From assembly GCA_010405405.1 (NCBI GenBank), contig MU004232.1:453481-517480 (forward strand): a stretch of DNA of 64,000 nt, read 5' to 3'. The position numbers and the translations under genes were made by a program. This stretch comes from Microthyrium microscopicum. Lineage: Eukaryota. Of this stretch, positions 1-12,968 are shown one piece after another (the stretch's first letter is position 1; each line of letters starts with the position of its first letter). Under the pieces are notes generated by a model. The model saw only the letters and a program-made list of their open reading frames with translations. It ran no database searches and was not told the DNA's origin.

Positions 1-1
1 C

Positions 2-136
2 AATATATGGTGGGAGAATGCGATTGAGGGTGTTACAGATGATAGACCAGGGCTGAAGTTTTGGCGGGAGAGGAGTGATGGGACTGGATTTGAGACTTTG
101 GAGGAATTGAATTTGACGCGGTCGAGGTCTAAGTAG
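2..136 (+). CDS. Possible 3' end of a gene starting outside the window
   Basis: Open frame NIWWENAIEGVTDDRPGLKFWRERSDGTGFETLEELNLTRSRSK ending at TAG 134-136; no homology recognised. Confidence 0.3.
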   Translation, partial: NIWWENAIEGVTDDRPGLKFWRERSDGTGFETLEELNLTRSRSK

Positions 137-481
137 GAGATGTGTTTGTTGACATGTGGTTTAAACGGAGGCAACTGTAGCTGAGATGTCGGTGTTCTTA
201 CAAAGTGTGTTTACAGAGGTCCGAAGGAGGTGAATTGGACGTAATAGCGATCGAGTTTGTGATGAGACAACGATGGCAGCGAGGTTTTGCAATCCATAGC
301 CTTCGTAAAATGGCATGATTTTAGTACGAAATGAGAGATACGTTACGATTCATCTGATGCCGAAGATGGCAGTTGATTTGCCATCACTTGTTACTCACTC
401 CACGCTCTAGCGATTGGTCTGAAGCTGTCGGGCCCTGTCGTAATCTCTTTAATTGATAACTAATTGCTGCTATTTGCTATC

Positions 482-1136
482 TTACTCGTCAACTTGTTTG
501 GGTATAACAGTTGTCGAACTCTTGTCGCCCCGATACAAGAGCTTCAACAATGAGAGCCCTCTACTTCTTACTATCGTCTTAATTTCGCGAATTAGTGACT
601 TCGTCTTGGTCAATAGAGACATTGGAGATTCCTTACCGATAGGGTCCAGATTGTAGTTGCTAAGATTCAAACTACAACTCTCCGCCATTTTTGGTGGATT
701 GATTTTCCATTCTCGATTACGTTCCTCGATCATCAGCTTATGCTTTCGTATTTGCTCCTCTGTAGGTCCCTTAGGCTTAATATGCGGCGGCGGATCAAAT
801 AGGTCCTTTTCAGGAACACCACGTCCATCCACGCCGCGGAACCTGTCCTCTCTTGCTTGATCGAATCGGCCCTTGTCCAGGAATTGCTTGATGTGTGCTG
901 GTGACAAGCGTGCGGCATCAATGACTTGCCAGGCTTTGGGATTGTAGGGTGAATAGAACACTCGTAGGACACCATCGTTGCCAAGATGGAAGATGTCATC
1001 TTTGTTAGGCTCGCGTTTGAATCCTCTGGTTATCTGCCCCAGAGTTCGGGTCTCAGCCTGATGGAAAGTGTAAGTCAAGTTCAGTGAAGTATTGCTAGTG
1101 ATAATGTAGTCATACTTGCTCCTGGTCTTCTGACAT
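482..1136 (-). CDS. Hypothetical fungal protein (HLGNDGVLR...VIDAARLSP motif)
   Basis: ATG 1136 (MSEDQEQ), GT-AG intron 1115-1058 joins in frame to the 482..1078 ORF. A possible donor (GTAAGG near 635) may shorten the C-terminus. Confidence 0.65.
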
Positions 1137-1798
1137 GCTTCTTAAGTCTCGAACTTTGATGCTATTTGGAGTAGTAATGGAATCAACTGGATTGATAGAA
1201 AAGAGGACTTGGTAGCAGAAAGAGCAAGGTCGCAAGCAGAACGGTTGATAAGAAACACCTCTTATAAGAGATATGTGGCAACCCACTAGATTGCATTGTC
1301 CCTTACAAGACGGGACGTGACGGCCAGTCTACCCAATTGCAATGAAATCCTTCTGCCTACAGATACGACCCCGACTAATGACGCAGTACCTGTAGCCTTC
1401 ATGACTATCACCTCCCATTGGCGCACAAAACTATCACCTGATACCTCAAGAATGAGATAGGGATAGTTCAGATGAGACACTTACCAACGTAAGGAAAAGT
1501 CAGAAAGGAGTATAAGGTATGAATTGACCGATCGTACAGGAACTGATATGTTGACCTAAACGACAACGAGACCGAAGATAGCCCAGAACATAAATGGTAC
1601 GGTCGGTACCTAGGGATCATGTCACAACTTGAATCACCTTGTCAGTCAGTCATTGTAAGTCATAGACGTTATGTGGTATGTGTTTATTGCCCAAAAAAAT
1701 AAATCTTTACACTCCAGTGCCGTAAGTACTACTTTGTCACCTCTGATCGCAGAGACTATCATCTCCAAGAGACCATCAGAGAACTGATCTGGTGCTGC

Positions 1799-2120
1799 CT
1801 ATGGCTCATCGGGCGAACAAACTCCTGGGAGGCTTGCATCCCCATCGTAAACACATTGTGGGCAATAAAGACCCTCAGAGTTGGTTGTGCACTCCATCAA
1901 AGTCCAGCATACAATGTCAGCACATTGATCTGCCCTCTTCACATTCTCCCTCTCGAAGATTGTTGGCTTGGAGATACCAGGTCGAGCGTTTCGCTATTTG
2001 GATTGGTTCAGTATCCCACGACAATGTCTATTTAAGTTGTAAGACTTGACTCACTTTGCGGGCTGGACCAGCAAAAACAGCAGTGCTAAGTGCAAGAAGG
2101 GTAATGATGAAGTAGCGCAT
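1799..2120 (-). CDS. Small secreted cysteine-rich prepro-peptide (6 Cys)
   Basis: MRYFIITLLALSTAVFAGPARK, intron 2054-1994 (GTGAGT...TAG), then RNARPGISKPTIFERENVKR|ADQCADIVCWTLMECTTNSEGLYCPQCVYDGDASLPGVCSPDEP*. Signal peptide, KR site, TATA-like TATATAAA near 2213-2220. Confidence 0.8.
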
Positions 2121-2479
2121 GATGTTCAGAGTTGGTGCTTGGGCTTTGGTGCTTGATTGTAATTGTTGAAATTTGAATAGATTTGTCCCAGATATACTGA
2201 CGCACATCAACCTTTATATACCCATTTATGACTTCTCTTTCTTCTCATAATGATCTCTTGTGATGCTCACCAACTTTCAGAATTTGAATCCTCCACATTC
2301 GTTTGATCTGAGCGGCACAGTTGTAAGCACCGGCTTCTGATTCGACGACTCTCGAATTTTGGGCGGCGAAGTACATGGTGTTTTCAAGCTGACTGGAGGA
2401 TTTTGCCAGCGAAATCTGCAAAATTCTTGGAATACTTCGACTGGCATGAATCCTTGGCATATCATTTCCTTATTAGCAG

Positions 2480-2920
2480 TCTCCTTCATGCCCGTTTAGT
2501 ATCGGGCAGCACTGTATCACTGAAGATCTCTGATAAAGAGCACGAAGGACTAATCAGCAATGGAACAGGACTCCATCCTTCACGTTCGGCACTACAACTT
2601 GCCGTCAGGTGTGGAAGCACGCTGTCACTGAAGATCTCCGATGAACAATACAAAGGACTAATCACCGATGAAGCAAGACTCAACCCTTCAAATTTAGCAT
2701 TGCAGCTTGCCGCCAGATGTGGAACGTGGTGCATATTCAAAATCATGCGCTGCGAAGACGAGAACCTGATTCTCAGAGATCGGCATCGTAACCCATCGCC
2801 GGCGTGTGCAGTTTGCGCATTCATGGTCACGGGCATCGCTAAAAGAACCTGATTCTCAGAGATCAGCATTGAAACTCATCGCCGGTGTGTGCAGTTTGTG
2901 CATTTTCAGGATCATGCGCA
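2480..2920 (+). pseudogene. Degenerate tandem-repeat coding remnant, ankyrin-like
   Basis: 108-nt repeat translating to ..SALQLAVRCGSTLSLKI.. / ..LALQLAARCGTWCIFKIMR..; further shortened copies with an 83-nt period (AGAACCTGATTCTCAGAGAT at 2761 and 2844) break the frame. Confidence 0.4.
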
Positions 2921-4630
2921 TCCAAAACGGTTCCGGCGGCAATGCTGCAAGATCTAGTTCGAACATCGTGAAGATTGAGCATTGAATCGTCGATTTGTAT
3001 CGAGACAGTCCGCGTGATGAGATCGCGAGTCCGCCCGTGTAGATCACCCATTGAAGCTCAACAGGACGATAGTATATGGCTTGATCAGTCAGTTCCCGCA
3101 TGAAGTCGGCGGCACTGATATGTCGGCGAGGACAAGAACGAGGACCTCGACGACGTTCAACTACCCGCCCATCAGCATTCCAGTGATCCTCTTCTTCTTC
3201 CCGTTCCCTGAGCGAAGAGCGTTGGTAGCAGAATTACTTGCCGTACTGGCATCTAATCAAAGATAGTCATTCCTTGTTCTTACAACAGAAGAGCTGCATG
3301 GACGTACATGATATGATATAACTTAAGATTCTGTACTATCAATCTTTCGTAAGCAGGGCAATGGTGCCAGCCATGCTGCTTAGCTAGAGCTTCTATGACT
3401 TGGTAGGCCTTCCACATGAGCAGGACACTCATTATCAAGGCAGAGTTTTTTGCAATGAGCACACTACAATTGTTACAACAGGCGTAGCCATTTGTGTTGA
3501 AGTCGTTTCGTTCTATTAGAAACCTTGATTTTGCCTGGACACAGCACCTTCTAAAGTTAGCACGTTGAAATGCGAGTCTAAAGTCATGTCGTGTTCGCAA
3601 TTTTACTATTCATGCTCCGTTTATGAAGTAGTGTTGAAGGCTCTTATGCTTCTCGTAAGAAGGGATGACGATGGATTTGAAGGTGTATTTGACTGTGATT
3701 TCCAGAAGACTTGACCTTCTAAAACTCTGGCAATGACTTCTGAAATGTGGTATAGCATGAATTCCTAGATTGTTAGTCCTGGTTTTTGGATGACTCCTGG
3801 TCAGGGGTAAAATTGTGCGGCAAAGGCATCGCACAATCTCCTTCAATTATGCCTATATCGTCGTTTCCTCAACATATTCGGAGTCAGTTCGATGGTATCA
3901 AAGTGTCGTAACATCATACTTCGATCACCAATTTCGCAGTCGGAAAGGGAGAAAGATTGAAGGTTGCAACAGACCCAAGCGACGATGAAAGCGATGGCGT
4001 CGCAGCACTTTCAGCCTCTTAGTCTCTCGACCAATCACAGCCTCCCCAGAACAACTTACTCAACCACCACTCCTCACTGCTCAGGGGCTTCAACTTTTTG
4101 AAAGCTCTATCCACTCCACAAATTTCCCATCAGGCCACAGACTAATCCTCCTAATCCTCCGCACGCGCTTCCCTGGCGAATCTACTTATTCTCCTAGCCT
4201 CGTGGCGCGTGAATATCCCAATCCGCGCTTGAAGTGTCGAATCTCGTTGCCAGGCTGACCATGACAGCAAAATGCACCATGCACTGATGCAGGTACTGCC
4301 GCCAATCTACGACGGATGCCCATGGCCTTCTCAAAAGAACAGGAGCGAGATCCTACCTTGCTTCTGTTCTTAATTCATCAGACTCCTTGGATACACTGAA
4401 CACGACTCTTGACACCCGCGCATCATCCGTAATAACAACCCACGCTCCTTACCACACCCACCACTGATGAAGATATTATTGCGCCAACCCCTCTCGTGAG
4501 GAAAGCCTCCATGTGCTCTATCTTCTGTAAACTCAATTGCGGATCCTACGACCTCAGCTGTGCCGCCAGGTCCTTCAAAACCCATGACCCGCGACGACAA
4601 TCTACAATACAACACGAGTTCGATTCCAGA

Positions 4631-5481
4631 ATGGCAACCCACTCCCACCGACGCGCCGCCCTCCTCCAAACCTTCCACACCCAGTTTCAAAAAGGCTCCA
4701 TAATCGTTGGCGCACTCGGCGCCTACACCACAATATCCCTCCTCCTCTCCAGTAGCACACTCACGGATGACACCGAGTATGCGAAACAACCGCACGTCTT
4801 TACTGCATCAGCAACACGATCTTTCGTGGCAGCGGCATGGTTGCTGTTTATGTTAAGTTTGGCGACAGCGGCGGCAGCACTGGTCACGTTGGAGTATAGC
4901 TATGCTACAGCAAGGCCAGAGGTAGACAGCGGAGATGGGGGCAGCTATATGGAGAAGCCCAAAAAGGGGGACAGAGAAGGAGGATGGAGTCACGAGATGG
5001 GCGCGGCAGTAGCCTCAGGCGTGGTCTTTATTTTACTCCTGGGCGCGTTTCTGCTGTGTTCTTTGGCCGTTACGGCGTATAATACCGCCGTGGGTGTTGT
5101 TGGTGTGGTGATGGTATCGCTGTTTATTTTGCTCTCGCTGGGTGCTTGGGTGCGTCAATTGATGTAAGTCTCCACTTACGCCTTCCAGGTTCATCTTTAC
5201 TAACGACACTGTCCAGAATGCATAAGCGCTCTCGTCGCTCCTCAAATGTAATGCTGCCATCTGCTCGTGCATCGAGATTAGGTGCAGACCTTGAGGAAGG
5301 GCTCTGGAATATGGTTACAGCGGGCGGCACGCAGACTGTACATCAGACACAGCAGCCGGGCAATCAGATTCCGAGTGCAAGTGGGACGATGGGTTCGAAT
5401 AGGCCGGGTACACAACGCCGTCATCAGCCGATTATTGTGAAGGATTTTACTATTTCGACGTCGTCGGAGAGTATAGCTTGA
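4631..5481 (+). CDS. Hypothetical multi-pass membrane protein (about 4 TM)
   Basis: ATG 4631 (MATHSHRR), four hydrophobic segments; intron 5164-5217 (GTAAGT..CTAAC..CAG) joins it to the 5146..5481 frame. Confidence 0.7.
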
Positions 5482-5994
5482 TCCGCTCTTTGGAAGGATA
5501 ATATAACGCAGCCGGAGTCTTGATCTATCGGTTGAGAGACCGTGGACCTACCGACACGCCATGAGCCTTTGGTCGTCACGCATGGTCATGACATAACGTT
5601 AGCCGTACCGGTTCATACTTTGCGAAATTGCCATGATTCTTGGAGAAAGAGCCTAGAGGCATAATGCTGGAAGCTGCTATGCCCATGTTGTATCGCAGCG
5701 ATAATCTAATGTTTATAATGAATGAATGTATTCCAACCTACAAGTCACAAAATTTAGATGGTATGCTTTGACCAGCCACGGCAAATGCTATTGCGTCTTG
5801 CAACATGTACAAGCTTTTCCCCTGGCCGTGTGTTGCTTAGAAGTCATCATGTATGGGAAATGAATGGGTTGACAAACTACATGGTATAAAATAGATCAGG
5901 CATAACAGCATCCAACACGTAATTTAACACCAGGCAGCCTCAGGAGCCAGAACTTGCCGCCGAATCTAATGGATCATCTGCGAATCCTTTCGCA

Positions 5995-6969
5995 TCAAGC
6001 CAACCCTTTCTTATCAAGCCACCTTTCCTCATCAACCTGCCACCCTTCCCTCACTGGGAATTGGCAGACATGTTGTCTACCGTTTGAAGGCCGGGGATAT
6101 TCAGACCGACACTCTTTGACAGCATTGAGTTCCTCGTTGGACATGAAGCCTGCTACCAGCCCATCAGTGCCGTTGGCGGGCAAAAGGTAGTTGTATTTCT
6201 CGAGATATGCCATGGATGCCAGAAGGTCTCCCTTGAAATCATTCAAGCCTACTACAATCCCTGGCAGTAGGCCAGGAAGTTTTGAGTCTGTTGTGCTTGG
6301 ATTCAATGGAGTCTTTGCCAGGACTTGACAAGTGGACATGGCGTCGAGATACAGCTTGGCCATGTCTTCAAGAGCTTTGCGCATACTTTTTACCCGCTCT
6401 GTCTTGTTGATGTTCGCAATGTTCTCTGAGGTCGGGCGTATGTCTGCGGAAAATCCGTCTTTATCCATGTGGGATTGTCGATTCCCGAATAGTTCATCTG
6501 AATAGCAAGCTGGTATGCTAGGATCTTCTTTGTTTCCCCACCAAAATGTCCTGCAAGGCTGGGGAGTCCATGTATCTCGCAAAGCCCCGAGTATAGTGGT
6601 TTTAGTTTTGTTGATGATCTTGACGAGGCTGGGAAAGAACTTTGGCTCGTGTGAAAGCTGCGGGTTTTTAGGATCTGCCCATTGCCAACAGGAATGCAGT
6701 AGGCGGGGGTAATATTTTGACAAGGCCTCGTGGGCCTTCAGTTCGTCCTCAATTTGGGAGTGATATATGTATTCCTCTCGTTTGCGAACCCCCTTTTGGT
6801 CATTGTGGCACGAAGTCTTGAGTTGAGGCTCGTGTTCATAGTGTTTAGCCTCCAAGATGTTTCTTCCTGGCTGACGCGGTTGATTTGGATGTTGTTGACT
6901 TGTGGAGAGCGTCAGTGAAGATGACAATGTGATCAAAGACAATATGATTGTCACCAACAGAACCTTCAT
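5995..6969 (-). CDS. Secreted protein, family X copy 1 (internally duplicated helical domain)
   Basis: Signal peptide MKVLLVTIILSLITLSSS; RKR site; two copies of the Y..L..C...P.L..I...K..I.A unit, ending in ACYS and ECRS. Confidence 0.85.
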   Translation of the reverse strand: MKVLLVTIILSLITLSSSLTLSTSQQHPNQPRQPGRNILEAKHYEHEPQLKTSCHNDQKGVRKREEYIYHSQIEDELKAHEALSKYYPRLLHSCWQWADPKNPQLSHEPKFFPSLVKIINKTKTTILGALRDTWTPQPCRTFWWGNKEDPSIPACYSDELFGNRQSHMDKDGFSADIRPTSENIANINKTERVKSMRKALEDMAKLYLDAMSTCQVLAKTPLNPSTTDSKLPGLLPGIVVGLNDFKGDLLASMAYLEKYNYLLPANGTDGLVAGFMSNEELNAVKECRSEYPRPSNGRQHVCQFPVREGWQVDEERWLDKKGLA

Positions 6970-7678
6970 TTTGGAAATATTTAGGTATATTCTGGAAGAT
7001 TGTCAAGTACGTCGAAGCTCGAGCGATGGTCTACTATTGTAACCTAAAGGTTCATTTATATATGTTTCGGTACTCAAAGGCCATAGATCCCAAAATCTCA
7101 AAACTTGGTTGATCTCGCTACAGCGAACCGTGAATCTTTTCATACCAATCGCATAACAAACTAACTCACGTTCTCCCAACAACTTCCCTGGCTCCCACCA
7201 ACGCCTTTAATCAAGAAGTGTTATATTTTCCATCGCATTCAAAAAGACATCTAAGTCTCAGCGCCCTATATGGTAAAGAAAGCACTTGATACCAGAGGGT
7301 GTTATATAGAAGCCATCGAAGTCCATGAGGGTACGCGATCTATTTTGTCCATCGTTTGTCATTTCAAAACATAAGCAGATTGATGCAGTTTTCGCTCAGA
7401 AACCGGTAGTTTATATCGAATTCACAGTCTTCTATTAAAATCTAGCATCAAACGGTCCCCGAACTAGAAGTCGAGTTTTGACCAGCGGTAGCAACTATAC
7501 CAGACACACCAAACAGTGGCCGCTATGAGCCGTCATACGATTGCTGACTACCAAAATTCAAGTTCGACTGGTCTCTGCAGCAGCTGTCATCATGTATTCT
7601 ACCGGTAGCCATCTTCCCCGGACTATTAAAGTGAGCCAACAAAGCTCCCTTGCAGTGCCAGCAGGGTCACTATTATTC

Positions 7679-8196
7679 TTACACCCACTTAGTGCCATAA
7701 TGAACAACCATGTCCCAGTTCATTCTGCCAGGCCACCTGTCCTGAACGACTCCAATAGAACCTGGAAGCTGTCAGCACACTTACGTATCGGTATGATGAT
7801 CGTATACTAACCGCCCTTGAAGCCGCACTGTGCGCTAACACGTAGCAAGGCTTCTCCTACGACCAGGCATGGCAGCCTCAGAGTTTCAAGATTCTTTCCA
7901 TCTCCGTACCAGTTCGTACCGGAAATCTTTATGTTGCCCTCCTCGCAGAAATGCGATCCCTGCCCGTCATGCACGACGCATAGCTCGTCCTCCAACTTTA
8001 GCAGCCTGTCAATACAAACATTGACGGATTTTTGGAAGTCATCCGGCGTGAGTTGCTCGCTGTTGCATCTGACATCATAACCGTGTCGATTTGTTTGCTC
8101 TAGGACTTGAGCGCTTCCATTTCTCGAGGTTGCATTAGCTGCCGAGTGCCCAGCTACTAGCATCGCCAGCATAGACGTTAGAATAGCTAGCCTCAT
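7679..8196 (-). CDS. Small secreted 6-Cys protein, family Y copy 1
   Basis: ATG 8196 (MRLAILTSMLAMLVAG); intron 7811-7762; last exon SIGVVQDRWPGRMNWDMVVHYGTKWV* matches the intronless paralogue at 31055. Confidence 0.85.
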
Positions 8197-9167
8197 ATCT
8201 GTAGTAAAAACTGTCAGAGCCTGATTTGCTAATGCCTGATGCAAATACGATTACCTTTTACGGTGCGGTCAAGGAGATTCCAGACGGATGAATCTGATTG
8301 TTGAAACCGAAATCCAGTCGGATGGGCTCTACAGTAAAACGAGGATGGATTGTTGCGACATCCAAGAAGCCTTAAGTACTCAACTCTTTTCCTGCCAAAG
8401 ATGTTTTGACATTGGTACGTTCGTAAAATCGACCGTACCTACTATTTATGGAAGTACCAAGCTTCTAGAGCTGTTGAACAAGTTCGGTTGACCTCTTGAG
8501 GCTATTCAACAGACGTAGATAGATTTCAGATCATACGGCCGGCAAAACCGGTGAATCAGACTCGAACCGACTTCAGAACTCAAAGCATTGATTTGCCGGA
8601 TATATCTTGGTCGGCCAAGCGCGTCATATAGAACCTTTGATACCAGACGTTTTTGAGCTTACGCATGGTACAACTTACATACTGCAGAATAAAATTAAGC
8701 ACTTAGGTACCTACCTAGGTAGCTAACTTAACTATTGTTTATTGAGACTAGAGTTATCAATCTTTCTGCGTCTCACATGATCTGATCAGCAAGAGCACAA
8801 ATTCTCAAAGTGATTATTAGTGTCAATTTCAATATTTGGCGTCCACAGATTTGCCTTTTCGCTGCCATCGTACGGCGCCTAGAAATAAGCCATCATTCTC
8901 ACGTCCCAAATTTATGATGTGCCTTTGCAAGTATTTAGGACAACGTTACACTAATTGCACGAACACCAGTAAACCCAAGAACAGACCAAAAAAAACCACA
9001 AGTCGACCGAAGTCACCATAATAGATGGCTGGACAAATCGCATCAATGCCACCTAAAGACTTAGTGGTAGCATCGGCTAAGCTATGTTTTCTTACTTATA
9101 CTGGAAGACTGGCCGATTTGTGAAGCACTCGGTTCGACATTTTCCTTCTCACACACAATTATCAAAG

Positions 9168-10671
9168 ATGGGTCCATTTACCTTACTCTGGGCATTTGCC
9201 TTCTCTGTTATCACATCCTCCCTGGTCTCTGCTGCCCAAGACGCAAGACTATCCTCCGCTAAGGCTTTGTCTTCCCAAATGAGCTCCGCAAAGCTATTCG
9301 AGTGGAATCTTCAAAAGGCTAATCAGGACAAGCTTGTCGCACGACGTCGAAAAGCGCGGCAACAGACCATGGAGATACTTCGGGCAGATGATCTTAGCAT
9401 GCACAAGGTATGTTTCATAGCCTCAGCTAGATGAACAGGTCTAGAACTGCTTTCCAGTCTGAGCTAACATTTTCCAGAGAACTCTAGATCACGAAAAGTG
9501 GGAACATCTGAAGCGAATGGAAGCTCAGATTAACGAAATCCATGACACAATCCATAATATGCCTCTATCTACCTTTGATAATACAGGTAAAGTTCAAGGC
9601 TTGAGAGGAATCTTGAGGGCGGCTAAGCGCGAGTTTAGTGAGCTGAAGAAGACCATTCCTGCTTTATCCGATGACCATGTCCGCAAACCGTGGTGTGGTG
9701 TTGGAATGAGAGATCTATTAGCTTCAGCCGAACTGATGCCTTTGACGAAAGCTTTTATACCTAAACCGCGAGCAGTGGGGTCCATTCGTATCAAAACATT
9801 GTGAGTCAAGCCAGGACCTTCAAACACAACATATACTTGATTCTCACATTCTGTTAGCTTCCACGTCGTATTCCATAACGCGACTCAAAAAGAGTGGTTT
9901 GACAGACCTGATGGTAAAGGAAAGAAACGTTACTTGCCTCAGGTGCATACACTGAACTCGGCCTTCGGCGATACTCCATTCCAATTTGCACCTCCTGTGT
10001 GGAATTCCATGCTCGTTCCCCCAGGGGAAGGTATAGACAGCCTGGATCTTATGATCCACCTAGCCAAAAACTATCACAACGGTTCCTACGAGGACCTGAA
10101 TGTCTATATCTTGCCACGCGTCCCTACAAACGAACTTTGGGAAACACTTGGTCGCTGCAGTCCGCCAGGAGGCACTTACGAAGTCGAGGAAGGAAGCAAT
10201 GAGTTCGAGCAATTTCCAGGATTGACCCAAGCCAAGCTTGAGACAGATGGATGTTTTTTGGTCAGGGATTACCTTACTGATCCTGGGAGTGAGTTGCCTT
10301 GGGCAAAGGGATATACACTTGTACATGAAGTCGGGCATTGGTTAGGGCTTTGGCATCCATGGGGAAGCGCTCGTGATATTGAAGATGGGAATCGAAACTG
10401 TTCAGGAGATGATCACGTCTCGGATACTCCAAGGCAAGCCAACGGAACCACGGGTTCTCATTTGCTGCCTGGCTGGGATGAGAAGAAGGATACTTGTAAA
10501 GATCCTATCCCTAACAATACACTTTCAATATCGGGACTTGACAACATTCACAACTACATGGATTATGCAGACGATATAGAAAGGCGGGAATTCACCACAG
10601 GACAGAAAAATCTCATGTTGTCAAACTGGATCGCACATCGAGAGGGAGTTAGAGTTACACTTGAAGATTAG
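9168..10671 (+). CDS. Secreted zinc metalloprotease, family M43 (pappalysin/MEP1-like), copy 1
   Basis: Signal peptide at 9168; introns 9408-9477 and 9801-9857 keep frame; HEVGHWLGLWH zinc motif, DTP motif, NYMDY Met-turn. Confidence 0.9.
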
Positions 10672-11801
10672 TTCAATCAAATTTGTGCTAATCGACCCTT
10701 TTTTGGCCAAGTGCCTAATGCTTCCCTAGCAACGTTTTGACAGAAATACGACGAGGGAACTGAAATGCGAGTATAGCGATACTTAAAATTCTGCGGCGGT
10801 CAAATGCACGTCGTAATCAATGATAACTTGTCCACCGAGAATCAAAGTCGTTGTGCGTGACACAACGGAGAGCTGTGCAGGATCACCGCTAAGAGATCTA
10901 TATTTCGGCGGTACATTATTTGCAAGATGTAACAAGTCCCAACACTAGAATGCCGAAGCCTGGGGAAGTTGAGCTGGTTTAAAAACTGGAGTGCTCTGAT
11001 GACTTGTCGTTGAACCAGAATTTGGGAAACATGACGACTGAATACGGGCCAAAGAGCCGACACGTTGGCCTACACCAACCTTGGTATCGATGATTAGTTC
11101 AAGTCAGCACGAGTGATTACAAGGTTACATTCGAGGTAGTTCCACGTCAGTATTTGGATATTGAATCCTGTTGTCCTTGAAGCAGTGGATCTGGCGGTTC
11201 AACATCATTACAACGCTGAAATTGCTTGGATCTTAAAACATGAAAGCTACGACCGGTACATTTTGCCCAAGGGTGCTCTTTCTCTACTACATAATATTGA
11301 TTACTTAAGTACCTAATCTACCTATTAGCCACATGCGCTCTGTCCTTACACAAACGGTAATCAAGAGACGAGGCCAGCTTCATGTTCGTTCAATGTTGGC
11401 TACATCAGTGGAATCATTGTCATAGTCATATTTCTACCCCGAGGACCCTTTGACCTAGCCGCTCTCCTCGCGTAATCGGTATCGCAAAGGTGCAAAGTCT
11501 GCTTAGATTTTCGTGGTACTCTGTCCAATATCCGGGACAAAGATAGAACATCAGCTGTGTAGGGCCCATCAGTTGAAGACCCGTAAGTCCGGGGACCAGG
11601 TCAATGTTACTGTTGATTATTGGAAAAGATGAATAGCTACCTAGGTACCTACCTACCTAAGGTACTTACTTAAGGGACCACAGCAGCTGCTGTTTAGTCT
11701 TGGAGGTCCAACCATATACAAATTATATAAAGTAAATCTTTGGCTACTTCCCATCCCAATTCTATTCCGCTCACTGTCCGTCGCAATCCATTACTCAAAC
11801 G

Positions 11802-12890
11802 ATGAAGGAACTCATAGTCCTGACGATTTTAGCATGTAATGTTGTGGCTCATGCAATTTCACAGCCGAAAGGCTCAGACATGCAAAGCCAAGAAACAAGC
11901 ATCGATGGTAAGAAACAAATCGATTTTCGCGGGTTCTAAATCCATGTCTCCTCGTACAGTGCATTCTTCTTTCGCTTCAAGAAAAGTGCTAACTGTATCT
12001 ACTCAGGCGGGAATTCTTTCGTCCCCTGGGCTCCTGAGAGCCCTCCCATGTACCAACCGAATATCTCTTACGTCTGCCCACCGCCTAAGAACATCACGGA
12101 TGGGTCTCTCCTATCAAAACAAGAAACCGTCACCAGAGACTCTATTCGCCTCGCATACACGCATTATGCGCATACTTTGAACACATGTCAATCTCTAGTA
12201 GAATTTGCTCAAAAGAACGTGTCAGCTCCATTCAGGCCGGAACATTTGAGTCGATACGTCAGAACTCTCAACGACAGCAAGGGCTCTTTGATTATTGCTA
12301 TAAAAGCGATGAAGAAAAACGAACGAACCTATGAATGGACATATCAGTGTCGGTGTTTTCCATGCCCTCAATATAATATAAGCTCAAGTCACACCCCGTC
12401 TTTTGAATGCGATTTCGAAAAGGCTTATGCTCCAGAGTGTAGATACCAGCAATCGCTGTCTGCCAACTCGTCATGGGAAGAGATGGAAGCCCAGCTGAAA
12501 GCCGGTAATCCGTTTGTTGGCGACCATACATCCACAGGCCCCGAGACAAACAGCACGAGATGGGAATCTCATGGCTGGTGGCCAACCCCGGAGCATGAGG
12601 AGGTCTCTGAAATCATGAAGAGCTATTACCGTCGAACAGCAGGGTCATGTAATGATATCGCACAGTTCGAAGGCGTCCCTATAAACGAGTGGCCTCGTTT
12701 ATTGCCTGAACTCGTCGAGATTTTGAAAAACACAAAAACATTGACTATGGAAGCTATCAGAGCACTTGAGCCCCGAGTAGGAGTTTCCGGACATTCCATT
12801 AGTGAATCAAAAAGATTCTGGAGGGATGACTTGAAGACGACAGTCGCGGAATGTAGATGTCCTTTCGGCCGGATCTATGGATATGAATGA
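11802..12890 (+). CDS. Secreted protein, family X copy 2
   Basis: MKELIVLTILACNVVAHA signal; intron 11908-12006 in frame with ORF 12048..12890; two units (HYAHTLNTCQSL.. and YYRRTAGSCNDIA..LLPELVEILKNTKT), each followed by ECR. Confidence 0.85.
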
Positions 12891-12929
12891 TGAGAAGAGT
12901 ATTACTTCAAGGTGGTATCAAGTGCGATG

Positions 12930-12931
<2 letters not shown>

Positions 12932-12965
<34 letters not shown>
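12932..12965. repeat. (AG)n microsatellite
   Basis: About 17 uninterrupted AG units. Confidence 0.95.

Positions 12966-12968
<3 letters not shown>

Noticed and set aside
8701..11675. TAGGTACCTACCTAGG-type palindromic tracts at about 8703 and 11637 flanking M43-1
   Set aside because: Low-complexity ACCT/AGGT tracts are common in fungal intergenic DNA; no TSD, and no counterpart seen in cluster B.
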